Of a DNA stretch of 64,000 nucleotides, positions 9,138 through 18,347 are shown piece by piece. Source of the stretch: Candidatus Palauibacter sp. (GTDB taxonomy: Bacteria; Gemmatimonadota; Gemmatimonadetes; Palauibacterales; Palauibacteraceae); contig NZ_OZ250143.1 in assembly GCF_965237495.1 (NCBI RefSeq), positions 599,786 through 663,785 of the forward strand, in the 5' to 3' direction. The notes under the pieces are model-generated. The model was not told where the DNA came from, ran no database searches, and worked only from the letters and a program-made list of their open reading frames with translations. Both the position numbers and the translations under genes were made by a program. Positions within the stretch are counted from its first letter, which is position 1, and each line of letters opens with the position of its first letter.

Positions 9138-10320
9138 CGTCGACCTCCTTGCCAAGCCGAGAGGATGTCGCGGCCGTATGATCGGCGATCTCGCGAAGGT
9201 GGCCGGTTGCCTCCGAGATGTGTGTGTGGCTTTCCTGCAAGCCGTCCAGGCTCTCAAGGAAACGAGCGGCCGCCTCGCCGCCGCTCTCGACGAGGGTCGC
9301 AGTTACCTCCGACACGGTCACGACCCGTTCGAAGACTGCACGAACGTCGACGTTGACACGCTCCTGCCACTCAGCCGCTCCCTGGACTGCGCTTGCGAGC
9401 CGCTGGATCTGATCATCCGCAGCGCCCAGGAACTGTTCTCGAAACGCGACGACTATATCCTCAAGCGCTTCCATTTGGCGCTGATCCACCTGCGTAGTGA
9501 CGGCCTGTAGGGTCTCATCGATCGACGTCAGCGCAGGCGAGAAGCTCTTCTCCATCACGTCCTGCATCGCGCTTGCGACGTCGGTCCCCAGGTTCTGCAG
9601 GATCCCCTTCTGCTCTTCAAGCAGGACCCTCTGCTCCTCCGCGTTTCGCAGGGAGCCGGCCAAGACTGCCTCGGGAGTCCTCACCGGAAATCGTACCCGG
9701 ACTTCATCGAAGAACGCCCGAGCACGTCCCTGGAACCCGTGGTGCGTGGACCGATGCGCAATTCGCCAGATCAGGGACAGGGCGATCCCGGCCAACGATG
9801 TGACGAAGGCCGCGGACATCCCGGAGAGAAGCGTCTGCACGCTCTCGAACAGTGCGTCCTGATCCGGAATCCCGATGTCCTTGAGTCCGACGTATAATCC
9901 CCAGAAGGTCCCCAGGATCCCAAGGCCGGCGAAGATCGCGGACAGCGCGAGCGAGAGCTGGCGGTTGTATCCCTTGAGGACGGCACTCTCGGTGAAGACT
10001 GCCTCAGGGTCCGTGACGCCGAACGGCAAACCATGAACCGTGACTGCGTCCGCCTCGTATCGCTCGGCGAAGTCGGTCCAGAGGTGAGACAGGACGCTCT
10101 CTGGAGCGAACGGGGACAGTCGGCTCGGAGTCTCGGCACCGTCAAGTCGGACGCTCTCGGCGGCTTCGGCAAACTCGTTACGCCGTCGCCGGACCCCGTT
10201 AAGCCCCGCAGAACCTCGGAACCCAAACAACCCGTACACCGCGAAAGCGATCATGGCGTAGAGAAAGAGAATACTGCTATTGGGAACGATTGCAGGGGGG
10301 AACGGATTTATGATGTCCAC
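9138..10320 (-). pseudogene. zorA: zorA fragment 1 of 3 (MotA/ExbB-like membrane domain and start of the tail)
   Basis: Track ORF 8953..10320. TM-rich MotA/TolQ/ExbB-like segments (LSLALSAIFAGLGILGTFWGLYVGL; LLSGMSAAFVTSLAGIALSLIWRI), then a long helical region. After ...SSRLGKEVD the reading runs into the IS256-like inverted repeat. Confidence 0.8.
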
Positions 10321-10532
10321 GAACTCTATGTGACTCCCCTTGCAAGCGTCGAACGTTTACCCCGGATCCTGCGATCGTGGGCGCGGGGCTCGTCCGGGAG
10401 GGCGGCCGTAGCCGGGCCGTGGAGGCCTTGACGATAGTGAGATCATAGTTTCGGACTATGGAAAAGCACCGCCCGGGGCCCTACGTTCAGAGGGACTGAA
10501 CAAGAGTTCACCCCGGAACGGAGGACACCCGA

Positions 10533-11885
10533 ATGGTGCGTGGAAACGACTATACCGGACCGCGCCCGCACGTGCAAGGATCGGCGGCCGCGCTGAGGGT
10601 CCGCGGGGGCGGCGGGCGGATCACCGACGCGGGCGGCCTCGTCGTGGTTCGGAAGCTGTGGGACGCGCTGGGGCTGGGCGGCTGGATCGACCGGCGGAGC
10701 GGGAACGTCCCCGGCCGCTACCGGCCATCGCTCATGGTCGAGTCGTGGGTGGTGCTGCTCCTGTACGGCGGCGGGGCGATGGACGACCTGCCGCTTCTGG
10801 AGCGGCGGGGCGTGCGCCGCATCTTCGGCTGGGCGCGGGTGCCGCACCCGGCCACGTTCGGGCGCTGGTTGCGGGGTTCGGCGGCCGTGCTGTCGCCGCT
10901 TCTGGACGAGCTGTTGTGGCGGATGGTGCGGCGGCGCTGGGAGCTGGCCGGCGGGGCGCCCCGGTCGGCGACGATCGTCATGGACTCGACCGTCGTGGTG
11001 CGCTACGGGCTGAAGCAGGCCGGGGCGGAGCGGGGCTACAACCCGAAGAAGCGGGGCCGCCCCTCGCACCACCCCCTTCTGGCCTACGTCCTGGAGACGG
11101 GCGACTGCCTCGGGGTGCGCTGGCGGCCGGGGGGCGCGCACACGGCCCGGGGGGCGGAGGCGTGGCTGGCCGAGCTGGTGGCCCGCCTGAGGGGGGCGGG
11201 GGTGCGGCGGATCACCGTGCGGCTGGACAAGGGGTTCTTCTCCAAGTCCATCGCGCGGCGCATGGAGGAGCTCGGCGTGTCCTATCTGCTCAAGGTGCCG
11301 CGGCACGCCTGGCTCGACGGCTTCCGGGGCGCCTGGGAGACCGCCGCCCGGGACGAGGCCGGGGACCGGGAACTGAGGACGGCCTCCGGCGAGCTGTGGG
11401 GGACGCGGCTTCTCTCGGTCGAGAGGCGGAGACGGGTCGGGCCGGACGAGGGAGAACTCGATCTCGCGGCGTGGGAGACCACGATGAGCGCCGACGTTCT
11501 GACCAACATCGGGAGCATCGGCCCCGTCGAGGCGTGGCGCGCCTACAACGCGGGCGCGGTCGTCGAGCAGCGGATCGAGGAGCTGGGCCAGCTCTCGGCC
11601 GGCCGCACCGCGGTGGACGACCTCGGCGGCAACGCCCTGCTGTGGAGCCTCGCCGTGCTCGCCTACCAACTCCTCCACATCCTGCGCGCGAACTTCCTCG
11701 GCGGCCGCTGGCGCGCCGTGCAGCCGCGCGGCATCCGGCTGCGCCTGCTGCGCGCCCCCGCCAGGATCACCTCCCACGCCCGCCGAACCTCGCTCGGGTT
11801 CGCGCGCGCCGAACCGGCCCTCGGCCTCCTGCGACCGGCGCTCCGGGCCATCGAGCGGGGTCTCCCGCCGCCCGCGCCCGCCTAA
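10533..11885 (+). CDS. IS1380-family DDE transposase
   Basis: 450-aa intact ORF with ...IVMDSTVVVRYG...GYNPKKRGRPSHHPLLAYV...VRLDKGFFSKS...NALLWSLAVLAYQLLHIL. I could not fix the element ends or target duplication by eye. Confidence 0.75.
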   Translation: MVRGNDYTGPRPHVQGSAAALRVRGGGGRITDAGGLVVVRKLWDALGLGGWIDRRSGNVPGRYRPSLMVESWVVLLLYGGGAMDDLPLLERRGVRRIFGWARVPHPATFGRWLRGSAAVLSPLLDELLWRMVRRRWELAGGAPRSATIVMDSTVVVRYGLKQAGAERGYNPKKRGRPSHHPLLAYVLETGDCLGVRWRPGGAHTARGAEAWLAELVARLRGAGVRRITVRLDKGFFSKSIARRMEELGVSYLLKVPRHAWLDGFRGAWETAARDEAGDRELRTASGELWGTRLLSVERRRRVGPDEGELDLAAWETTMSADVLTNIGSIGPVEAWRAYNAGAVVEQRIEELGQLSAGRTAVDDLGGNALLWSLAVLAYQLLHILRANFLGGRWRAVQPRGIRLRLLRAPARITSHARRTSLGFARAEPALGLLRPALRAIERGLPPPAPA

Positions 11886-12454
11886 ATCTGACCGGCCCCA
11901 ACTCCGGCTTTCCGAAGGCGCCGCGCGGCGGCGCCCACTCCCCGTGTCTCCGCGAGCCGTTCGGGACCCCTCCCGAGCCCCGCCGGCCCTCCGCCGAGGC
12001 CCGGTCCGGCCCCGAAAACGCCACCGCCCGCGCCAAGTCGCCACAACCGCCGGTCATAATCGCCCTCAGGCCGCCCGACTATGCGCCAACGCAGGATCCG
12101 GGTTTACCCGTCGCCCACGCCTGCCTTGTTAGGTTTCGTATCCCTCGGTACGCCGTCTTTCACAGACGGGCTCGGGCCTCGCTACGGGAATCTTCGCGAC
12201 CGCCTCCGGTGGGTGTCCGGTTACGTTTTGACGGTTGCCGGCGGAGGCTCCTCGACTCGGAGGTCCAATCCGCCGGGAATCGAATAGGCCAAGCGAAGCC
12301 ATTGAGAATGACCAACGAAACCAACAACGTCAAGAGCCTGCCCTTATTGGTCAGCTGCTCAAGCAGCCCCTCGGGTAGCAGCTAGGCCAGCTGGAAGCGC
12401 ATGCTCATACGGATCCCATGACAGCGCTAACCTCACTCCCCTGACAGCGCATCC

Positions 12455-13366
12455 ATGCTTCAACGGCTTGACGAGCGGAACCGCGATCTCCTCGTCAATG
12501 TGAACGGGAAGCTCGTCCATCGTGACGAGGCCGGCGTCAGCCCCTTCGACTCCGTGGTGCAGGGGGGAGATGCCGTCTGGGAAGGCCTGCGCCTGTACGA
12601 TGGCCACATTTTCAAGCTGGAGGAACACCTCGCCCGCCTCCGGTCCTCTGCCCTGGCCCTCGCCTTCGCCGATATCCCCTCGGACGAGGAGATCGTCGGG
12701 GAGATCCGGCGCACGCTCGTCGCGAACCGCATGCGCGACGGCGTGCACATTCGACTGACGCTGACGCGGGGGGTGAAGTTCACCAGCGGCATGGATCCCC
12801 GTCTCAATCAGGCGGGTCCCACGCTGATCGTGCTCGCCGAACACAAGGCGCCGGTCTACGAGCGATCCGGTCTGCGGCTGATCACGAGTTCGCTGCGCCG
12901 CTTCGGTCCGGACACGCTGGACCCGAAGATCCATCACGCCAACCTCCTGCAGTCGATCCTGGCCAAGATCGAGGCGAACGCGGCCGGCGCCGATGATGCG
13001 CTGATGCTCGACCAGCGTGGATTCATCGCCGAGACGAACGCCACCAACCTCTTCTTCGTGCGCGGGGGTGTCGTCATGACGAGCCGGACCGTCGCCTGTC
13101 CCGAGGGGATCACCCGCGCCACGGTACTCGACCTCTGCGCGCGACACGGGATCCCGAGCCGGGTGGACGATCTCTCCCTCACGGAGGCCTACCGCGCGGA
13201 CGAGGCGTTCTGCACCGGCACGATGGGAGAGCTGGCGAGCGTGACCGAGATCGACGGGCGGGTCATCGGAGACGGATCGCCGGGCCCGGCGACGAAAAGA
13301 CTCAGCGAACTCTACCGCGACCTGACGGCGCACGAGGGGGCCACCCTGATCGCGGGAGAGCGGTAG
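12455..13366 (+). CDS. Class IV (branched-chain / D-amino-acid) aminotransferase
   Basis: ...SPFDSVVQGGDAVWEGLRLYDGHIFKLEEHLARLRSSA...HIRLTLTRG...ETNATNLFFVRGGVVMT...GITRATVLDL...EAFCTGTMGEL, the typical fold-type IV PLP enzyme pattern. Confidence 0.85.
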   Translation: MLQRLDERNRDLLVNVNGKLVHRDEAGVSPFDSVVQGGDAVWEGLRLYDGHIFKLEEHLARLRSSALALAFADIPSDEEIVGEIRRTLVANRMRDGVHIRLTLTRGVKFTSGMDPRLNQAGPTLIVLAEHKAPVYERSGLRLITSSLRRFGPDTLDPKIHHANLLQSILAKIEANAAGADDALMLDQRGFIAETNATNLFFVRGGVVMTSRTVACPEGITRATVLDLCARHGIPSRVDDLSLTEAYRADEAFCTGTMGELASVTEIDGRVIGDGSPGPATKRLSELYRDLTAHEGATLIAGER

Positions 13367-13571
13367 GGTCCTGCGGGGCATCGTCGCGGTTCGAACGGGG
13401 ATCTTGCCCGGTTGGCGAAGCCGCTCTCGCTGTCGCTGCTTCGGGCAGTGCTGCGCGGGCACCTCTAACTCTTGCTTGCGGAACCTACCTTCGCTCTTCA
13501 AGGTACGTGCAAGTGCGAGGTTGTAGTCGCGCAAGGGTGCGCTCGAACGTCAAGTTATCGTTGGCGGGTGG

Positions 13572-13793
13572 TTGGCGCCCGTCGTGCGTCAAGTCACGGA
13601 GAGTATGAGCATGTCGCTACAAACTTGGGCAGAGTGGCCCCGCAGGCTCGTGTCGCGGGAGCGGCGACAGGCACGGGCGGACGAGTTCTATGCCAGGATT
13701 GTTCGTGAGGAGGAAGAACTCGTCCGCAACGATCCGAGTCAGATCGTAGGGGGCGCGGACTTGGATGCCGCGCGCAAGGAGATCGTCGGTTAA
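13572..13793 (+). CDS. Small hypothetical protein, possible antitoxin of the adjacent RelE/ParE-like remnant
   Basis: Track ORF; internal ATGs at MSMSLQTW... are likelier starts. No recognisable antitoxin fold by eye. Its position directly upstream of, and overlapping, the toxin-like frame is the only argument. Confidence 0.3.
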   Translation: MAPVVRQVTESMSMSLQTWAEWPRRLVSRERRQARADEFYARIVREEEELVRNDPSQIVGGADLDAARKEIVG

Positions 13794-14070
13794 GGAACCG
13801 CTTGATCTCAGCCACACCCGCCGGGCGTTGAAAGGATTGGCGACCGTCGAACCCCCAACGCGACGAGCCGATCTTGACAAGAAGATCGAGGCCCTACGCA
13901 TCGAACCACGACCACACGATTCTCGATAGATAGCCGGTGTGCTCTGGTTCGGAGCGGCCGTATACCGAATCCGATCAGGGTCTTACCGTGCGCTTTACAG
14001 TATCTCGACGGAACGCGAGATCACCGTCTTCTACGTGGGACATCGGAGTAAGGTATACCGCAACCTTTGA
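13765..14070 (+). pseudogene. RelE/ParE-family toxin remnant with an in-frame TAG
   Basis: This frame reads ...LDLSHTRRALKGLATVEPPTRRADLDKKIEALRIEPRPHDSR * IAGVLWFGAAVYRIRSGSYRALYSISTEREITVFYVGHRSKVYRNL*. The YRIR.G.YR..Y.I....I.V..VGHR..VY tail is the RelE/ParE signature. The TAG is at 13927-13929. The start is uncertain. Confidence 0.6.
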
Positions 14071-14124
14071 TGTCAACTCCGATGGCCGCTCCGATCCGCC
14101 GCGCTGGCCCCGAGCGTGTCGAGC

Positions 14125-14857
14125 AGCCCGTCGGGTACGGTGATCCTGCCCATCCCCGCCTCCGCCGACATCCCCGCGGACGAGGAGATCATCGGGGAGA
14201 TCCGCCGCACGCTCATCGCGAACCGCATGCGCGACGGCGTACACATTCGCCTGACGCTGACGCGGGGCGTGAAGTTCACGAGCGGCATGGATCCCCGTCT
14301 GAATCAGGCGGGTTCCCCCCTGATCGTTCTCGCCAAGTACAAGGCGCCCGTCTACGATCGGTCGGGTCTGCGGCTGATCACGAGTTCGCTGCGCCGCTTC
14401 GGACCGGACACGCTGGACCCGAAGATCCATCACGCCAATCTCCTCCAGTCAACCCTGGCCAAGATCGAGGCGAACGCAGCCGGTGCCGATGATGCGCTGA
14501 TGCTCGACCGCAACGGCTTCATCGCCGAGACGAACGCCACCAACCTCTTCTTCGTGCGCGGGGGCGTCGTGATGACGAGCCGGACGGTCGCCTGTCCCGA
14601 AGGGGATCACCCGCGCCACGGTGCTCGATCTGTGCGGGCAGCACGCGATTCCGAGCCGGGTGGACGATCTCTCCCTCACGGAGGCCCACCGCGCGGACGA
14701 GGCGTTCTGCACCGGCACGATGGGGGAACTGGTGAGCGTGACCGAAATCGACGGGCGGGTCATCGGAGACGGATCGCCGGGCCCGCTGACGAAGAGGCTC
14801 AGCGAACTCTACTCGGAGCTGACGGCGCGCGAAGGGGTTGTCCTGATCAGCGGCTGA
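14125..14857 (+). pseudogene. 5'-truncated, frameshifted paralogue of the class IV aminotransferase
   Basis: Aligns to roughly codon 60 onward of 12455..13366, at about nine of ten nucleotides by eye. The N-terminal region is missing. CCCGAAGGGGATCACC (about 14597-14612) has one base more than CCCGAGGGGATCACC in the intact copy, which splits the reading between track ORFs 14116..14958 and 14621..14857. Confidence 0.8.
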
Positions 14858-14872
14858 GGGTTCGACCCGGCA

Positions 14873-15046
14873 TCAGCCGTCGGGGTCGCGGAACCTCCGG
14901 GCCGAGCCGGCCAGATCGTCAAAATCCTCCAGGTATCGCTCCAGCGCCCGCTGAATGATCTCCTCACAGCTGCGTCCCAGCGCCAGCGCGGAGGCCTCGA
15001 TCGCGTCGAATGCCACGTCGGGCAGGCGTACCTTTATCTGAACCAT
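14873..15046 (-). CDS. Small ribbon-helix-helix (CopG/Arc-like) protein, orphan antitoxin-like
   Basis: 57-codon ORF below the track's size cut-off: MVQIKVRLPDVAFDAIEASALALGRSCEEIIQRALERYLEDFDDLAGSARRFRDPDG*. This is a beta-strand / helix / helix N-terminus typical of RHH antitoxins. No toxin gene follows it. Confidence 0.5.
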   Translation of the reverse strand: MVQIKVRLPDVAFDAIEASALALGRSCEEIIQRALERYLEDFDDLAGSARRFRDPDG

Positions 15047-15270
15047 CCATACCCCCTCGCGGCGAGACCGGCCGCGGCTAACCCCATCCCCTCACAGGGT
15101 TGATACCGTCCCGTCCCGCGAAGCGTTCCCGTGCGAATGCCGCGTGAGGAGGCTGGCCGCCCCTACCCCAGCGTGGTCGGGGACGACGGGAACCCCGGAC
15201 CTCGCTGCGGCGGGGCGGGGTATTCGACTGTCAGATAGGGCGTCTCCACGGAGGCAAAAGGAGGCATCCA

Positions 15271-16191
15271 ATGACGTCATACATGTGGAACGTACCGGAG
15301 CCGCTGGACACGGCGGAGGTCGAGGTGACCTGCGGCGCCCGGATCATCCTGCGGCGGCACGGCAACTCCGACGGTCCCCGTCTCGTCCTCAGCCATGCCA
15401 ATGGACTGGCGGCGGAACTCTACTATCCGTTCTGGAGGCTGCTGGCCTCTCGCTTCGATCTCATCCTCTACGACCTGCGCAGCCACGGCTGGAACCCCCG
15501 GTCGGAGCTGCGACATCAGAACATCGCCACCTTCGCCGCGGACCAGGAACTCGTCCGGCGCGGGGTCGAGCGCCACGTCGGCGCGAAGCCCGCCGTCGGC
15601 GTATTCCATCTGGTGTCGGCGCTGGCGGCGCTCCACCAGGAGGCCCCGGGTCAGGGTTTCGAGGCGCTCGTTCTGTTCGATCCACCCCTGTACCCGCCGA
15701 ACGGGGACCCCCAGGCGGCCGAAGCCCTGTGGCGGCGCCTGCGTACCCAGGCCCGGTTCCGCCGGGATCACTTCGCGACGCGCGAGGAGTTCGCGGAGGA
15801 CTTCCGCCGGCAGTGGATGTTCGAGCTGGTGGCGCCGGGAGTCCCGGAGCTGGCGAGCCGGGCACTGCTTCGTACCGCGGGGAACGGAGGCGGCGGACCG
15901 GGCGGGGGCGGATACGAACTCCGCTGCCCGCGCCTCTGGGAAGCTCACGCGCTTCAGTACGCTTTCGCCTACAGTCTGGAACCGGAGCTGTCGCGTCTCG
16001 CCTGCCCCGTGAAGGTGATCGCCGGCGACCCCACGTTCGCCTTCTCCTTCATGCCGAGCACCGACCTGGAGGGAATCGTGGGGTTCGAGTACGACTTCAT
16101 CCCGAACACGACGCACTTCCTGCCGCTCGAGGAGCCGGCGGAGTGCGCCGCGACCATGGTCGCGTTCCTGGAGAAAGAGGGGTTCGCGTAG
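15271..16191 (+). CDS. Alpha/beta-hydrolase-fold protein
   Basis: AAGGAGG lies 8 nt upstream of the ATG. ...PRLVLSHANGLAAELYYPFWRLL...FDLILYDLRSHGWN...ALVLFDPP...NTTHFLPLEEP. At the expected nucleophile elbow the sequence is VGVFHLVSALAA, with no canonical GxSxG. Confidence 0.7.
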   Translation: MTSYMWNVPEPLDTAEVEVTCGARIILRRHGNSDGPRLVLSHANGLAAELYYPFWRLLASRFDLILYDLRSHGWNPRSELRHQNIATFAADQELVRRGVERHVGAKPAVGVFHLVSALAALHQEAPGQGFEALVLFDPPLYPPNGDPQAAEALWRRLRTQARFRRDHFATREEFAEDFRRQWMFELVAPGVPELASRALLRTAGNGGGGPGGGGYELRCPRLWEAHALQYAFAYSLEPELSRLACPVKVIAGDPTFAFSFMPSTDLEGIVGFEYDFIPNTTHFLPLEEPAECAATMVAFLEKEGFA

Positions 16192-16304
16192 TCGTCGTCC
16201 GGTTTCGGCGAGACCTGCGGCTGCACGACAACCCGGCGCTCGCTGGCCGGGGGTCCGGTGGTCTGCGGGCTCTCCCTGTGCCCGCGTCGGGGTCCCGCGG
16301 TTGA
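16192..16304 (+). pseudogene. Deoxyribodipyrimidine photolyase/cryptochrome N-terminal remnant
   Basis: Reads VVVRFRRDLRLHDNPALAGRG..., matching the conserved photolyase N-terminus (..WFRRDLRLxDNPAL..). It degenerates and stops within ~35 codons, and no photolyase body follows. Confidence 0.5.
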
Positions 16305-16359
16305 CGTCCGCTCCCGATGGTCGACTAGGCGCAGGCCCGCTCGATGCAGCGTTTCGCTC

Positions 16360-17451
16360 TCAGGTCAAGGTGTCGGGCCGCGGAAGACCTCTCGTCGATG
16401 CCAGGGGATCAGTGCGATCGTGGAGGAGGTTCATGGTCAGCCGCGCCATCAAGTCCTTGGCGGCGGGGGCGCTCTCGGCGATGAGCAGGGTGAGCGCCGT
16501 GACCGCCTGGGGGTTCAGCCCGTGCTCGACGTTCTCCTGCTTGAGGTAGAGCAGGAACAGCAGCGATCCGATGCGTTTGTTGCCATCGGTGAAGGGGTGG
16601 TCCTTGACGATGAAGTAGAGCAGATGTGCCGCCTTCTCCTCCCGCGAGCGGTAGAGCGACTCTCCGAACATGGTCTGCTCGATGTTGCCGAGGATGCCGG
16701 CGAGGGCGTCGCCCCGGAGGTTGCCGAACAGCGGAGACGCTTCCTGGCGTTCCATCAACTCCCGCTTGAAGCTGACGATCGCTCCAGTCGCCGTGTCGTA
16801 GTCGAGCACGCCCGTTGACGGACTCCGGCCCGGCGGCATCTGCAGCCGATCCTCGTCGTATTCCAGGAGCAGTCGCCATGTGTCGGCGTAGCGCCCGATG
16901 ACGTCGAGCACCGCCCGACCCGTGTCGGTCACCAGCGCCTGGTTCTTCAGCGTCCGGCTGAGCAGATCGAGGGTTTCGCGAGCCTCGCTCAGGCCGCGCT
17001 CCGCCAGCCGCTGCTCGTTCATGGTGTAGCCGCGGATCAGGTGTTCGCGCAGGGTGTGAGTGGCCCATTGCCGAAAGCGGACACCTCGCTTGGAGTTGAC
17101 GCGATAACCGACGGAGATGATGGCATCGAGGTTGTAGTGCCTCAGGTTGCGCCGCACTCGACGTTGACCCTCGGTCCGAACTACTAAGAAATCCTTAGCA
17201 GTTCCCTCCGCCTCCAACTCGCCGCTTGAGAACACGTTGCGCAGATGCATCAGCACGTTCTCCGGCGTCGTATCGAACACCTCCGCCATCTGCCGCTGGG
17301 TCAGCCAGACGGTTTCGCGGTCGAGGCGGACATCCACTCGCACATCGCCGTCGGACGTCTCGTAAACGAGGACCTCGCCCCCAGGGAGCTCTGCGGACAC
17401 CGTATCACCCATCGCATTGCTCTCCGAGTGCTCGATGGTGGCTCCACCCAT
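16360..17451 (-). CDS. RhuM-family N-terminal domain fused to a Fic/Doc domain
   Basis: N-terminus ...VWLTQRQMAEVFDTTPENVLMHLRNVF...NLRHYNLDAIISVGYRVNSKRGVRFRQWAT (RhuM-like). C-terminus ...AAHLLYFIVKDHPFTDGNKRIGSLLFLLYL (Fic/Doc motif HxFxDGNKR). Confidence 0.8.
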   Translation of the reverse strand: MGGATIEHSESNAMGDTVSAELPGGEVLVYETSDGDVRVDVRLDRETVWLTQRQMAEVFDTTPENVLMHLRNVFSSGELEAEGTAKDFLVVRTEGQRRVRRNLRHYNLDAIISVGYRVNSKRGVRFRQWATHTLREHLIRGYTMNEQRLAERGLSEARETLDLLSRTLKNQALVTDTGRAVLDVIGRYADTWRLLLEYDEDRLQMPPGRSPSTGVLDYDTATGAIVSFKRELMERQEASPLFGNLRGDALAGILGNIEQTMFGESLYRSREEKAAHLLYFIVKDHPFTDGNKRIGSLLFLLYLKQENVEHGLNPQAVTALTLLIAESAPAAKDLMARLTMNLLHDRTDPLASTRGLPRPDTLT

Positions 17452-17475
17452 CCGGCTCTCTCTTCCTATCCCGTG

Positions 17476-18072
17476 TCAGCCCACAAGCGTCCGATCCAGC
17501 CGGTCGAGCGCTTCGCGGACGTCCCGCAGGGCGGCTTCGGCCAGATCACGGTTGTAGGCGGCGTTGGCCGCGCGCTCGCCAGCCGACGGGGTCGGAAACG
17601 GTTCCGGAAGACAGGTGTCGGGTCGATCACCCCCCTCCCGCACCATCGGTGGCTCGGCCCGGGGCCCGACGATCGTGAAGGGCACGTGCCGATGTCCGCG
17701 CTTCATGCGGTAGACGGCGAAATGCCGGCGGTCCAGCGTGAACACCCGATCGATCCCGGAACGCTCGGCCACGGCGACGAGCGAGGCGTCTGCGAAGTCC
17801 ATCGGCGCGTCCGCGTACTGGACCATGAGTTCAAAGCAGCGGCCAAGGTCAAGATTGTCCAGAGCGACCACGCGTAGATGGCCATCGAGTACGAAGTCCA
17901 TGAGACCGGCCCTTGGCCTCGGCGGCCGCAGGAGGTGAAACGACTCGGTGAGCACCGCGATCGTCGTCACCGTCTTCCCGCCGAGCGTCTCCATGGTACG
18001 AACACACCCGGCGTGGTCCGATTGCCGAGGATCGAATGTGGCTACGAGAGGCCCCGTGTCCACCAGAATCAC
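17476..18072 (-). CDS. vapC: PIN-domain VapC-type toxin with a C-terminal extension
   Basis: MILVDTGPLVATFD...AVLTESFHLL...FADASLVAVAERSGIDRVFTLDRRHF carries the PIN acidic residues. The start overlaps the upstream RHH gene's stop by 4 nt. Confidence 0.8.
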   Translation of the reverse strand: MILVDTGPLVATFDPRQSDHAGCVRTMETLGGKTVTTIAVLTESFHLLRPPRPRAGLMDFVLDGHLRVVALDNLDLGRCFELMVQYADAPMDFADASLVAVAERSGIDRVFTLDRRHFAVYRMKRGHRHVPFTIVGPRAEPPMVREGGDRPDTCLPEPFPTPSAGERAANAAYNRDLAEAALRDVREALDRLDRTLVG

Positions 18073-18347
18073 AGGGCGTGCTTCTTCCGGATCGCCTCCA
18101 CTACGGCTTCCTTGTACGGTCGCGGCGGTAGAGCGGCGAGCTCGTCGTCGCGGCGCGACGTAGCGCGCCGCAATGCTTCACCGAAGGTCTCGCCCGTCCT
18201 GCGCCCCAGGCGGAATCCGTTCACGGTCGTGTCGTAAGACCGGAGCCCTCGTCTCAACACCTCTGAGATCGAGCAGCCCGTCTTCTGCCGAAGATCTTCG
18301 AGGATTGCCTCTTCTTCCTCATCCAGCCGTACCGTTCGCAAACTCAT
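18069..18347 (-). CDS. vapB: RHH/CopG-type VapB antitoxin
   Basis: MSLRTVRLDEEEEAILEDLRQKTGCSISEVLRRGLRSY is an RHH N-terminus. Translationally coupled to the PIN gene. Confidence 0.7.
   Translation of the reverse strand: MSLRTVRLDEEEEAILEDLRQKTGCSISEVLRRGLRSYDTTVNGFRLGRRTGETFGEALRRATSRRDDELAALPPRPYKEAVVEAIRKKHAL

Noticed and set aside
10440-12110. Ends of the IS1380-like element. Candidate pairs were CATAGTTTCGG near 10455 against CATAGTCGGGCGG (reverse complement) near 12085, and GAAAAGCACCGCCCGG against GAAAACGCCACCGCCCG as direct repeats.
   Set aside because: The matches are short and inconsistent (one pair is direct, not inverted), and no convincing target duplication was seen. Only the transposase gene is reported.
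13388-13396. GGTTCGAAC, a tRNA T-loop-like string in the intergenic region after the aminotransferase.
   Set aside because: The flanking bases do not form a T-stem or an acceptor stem, so no cloverleaf can be drawn.
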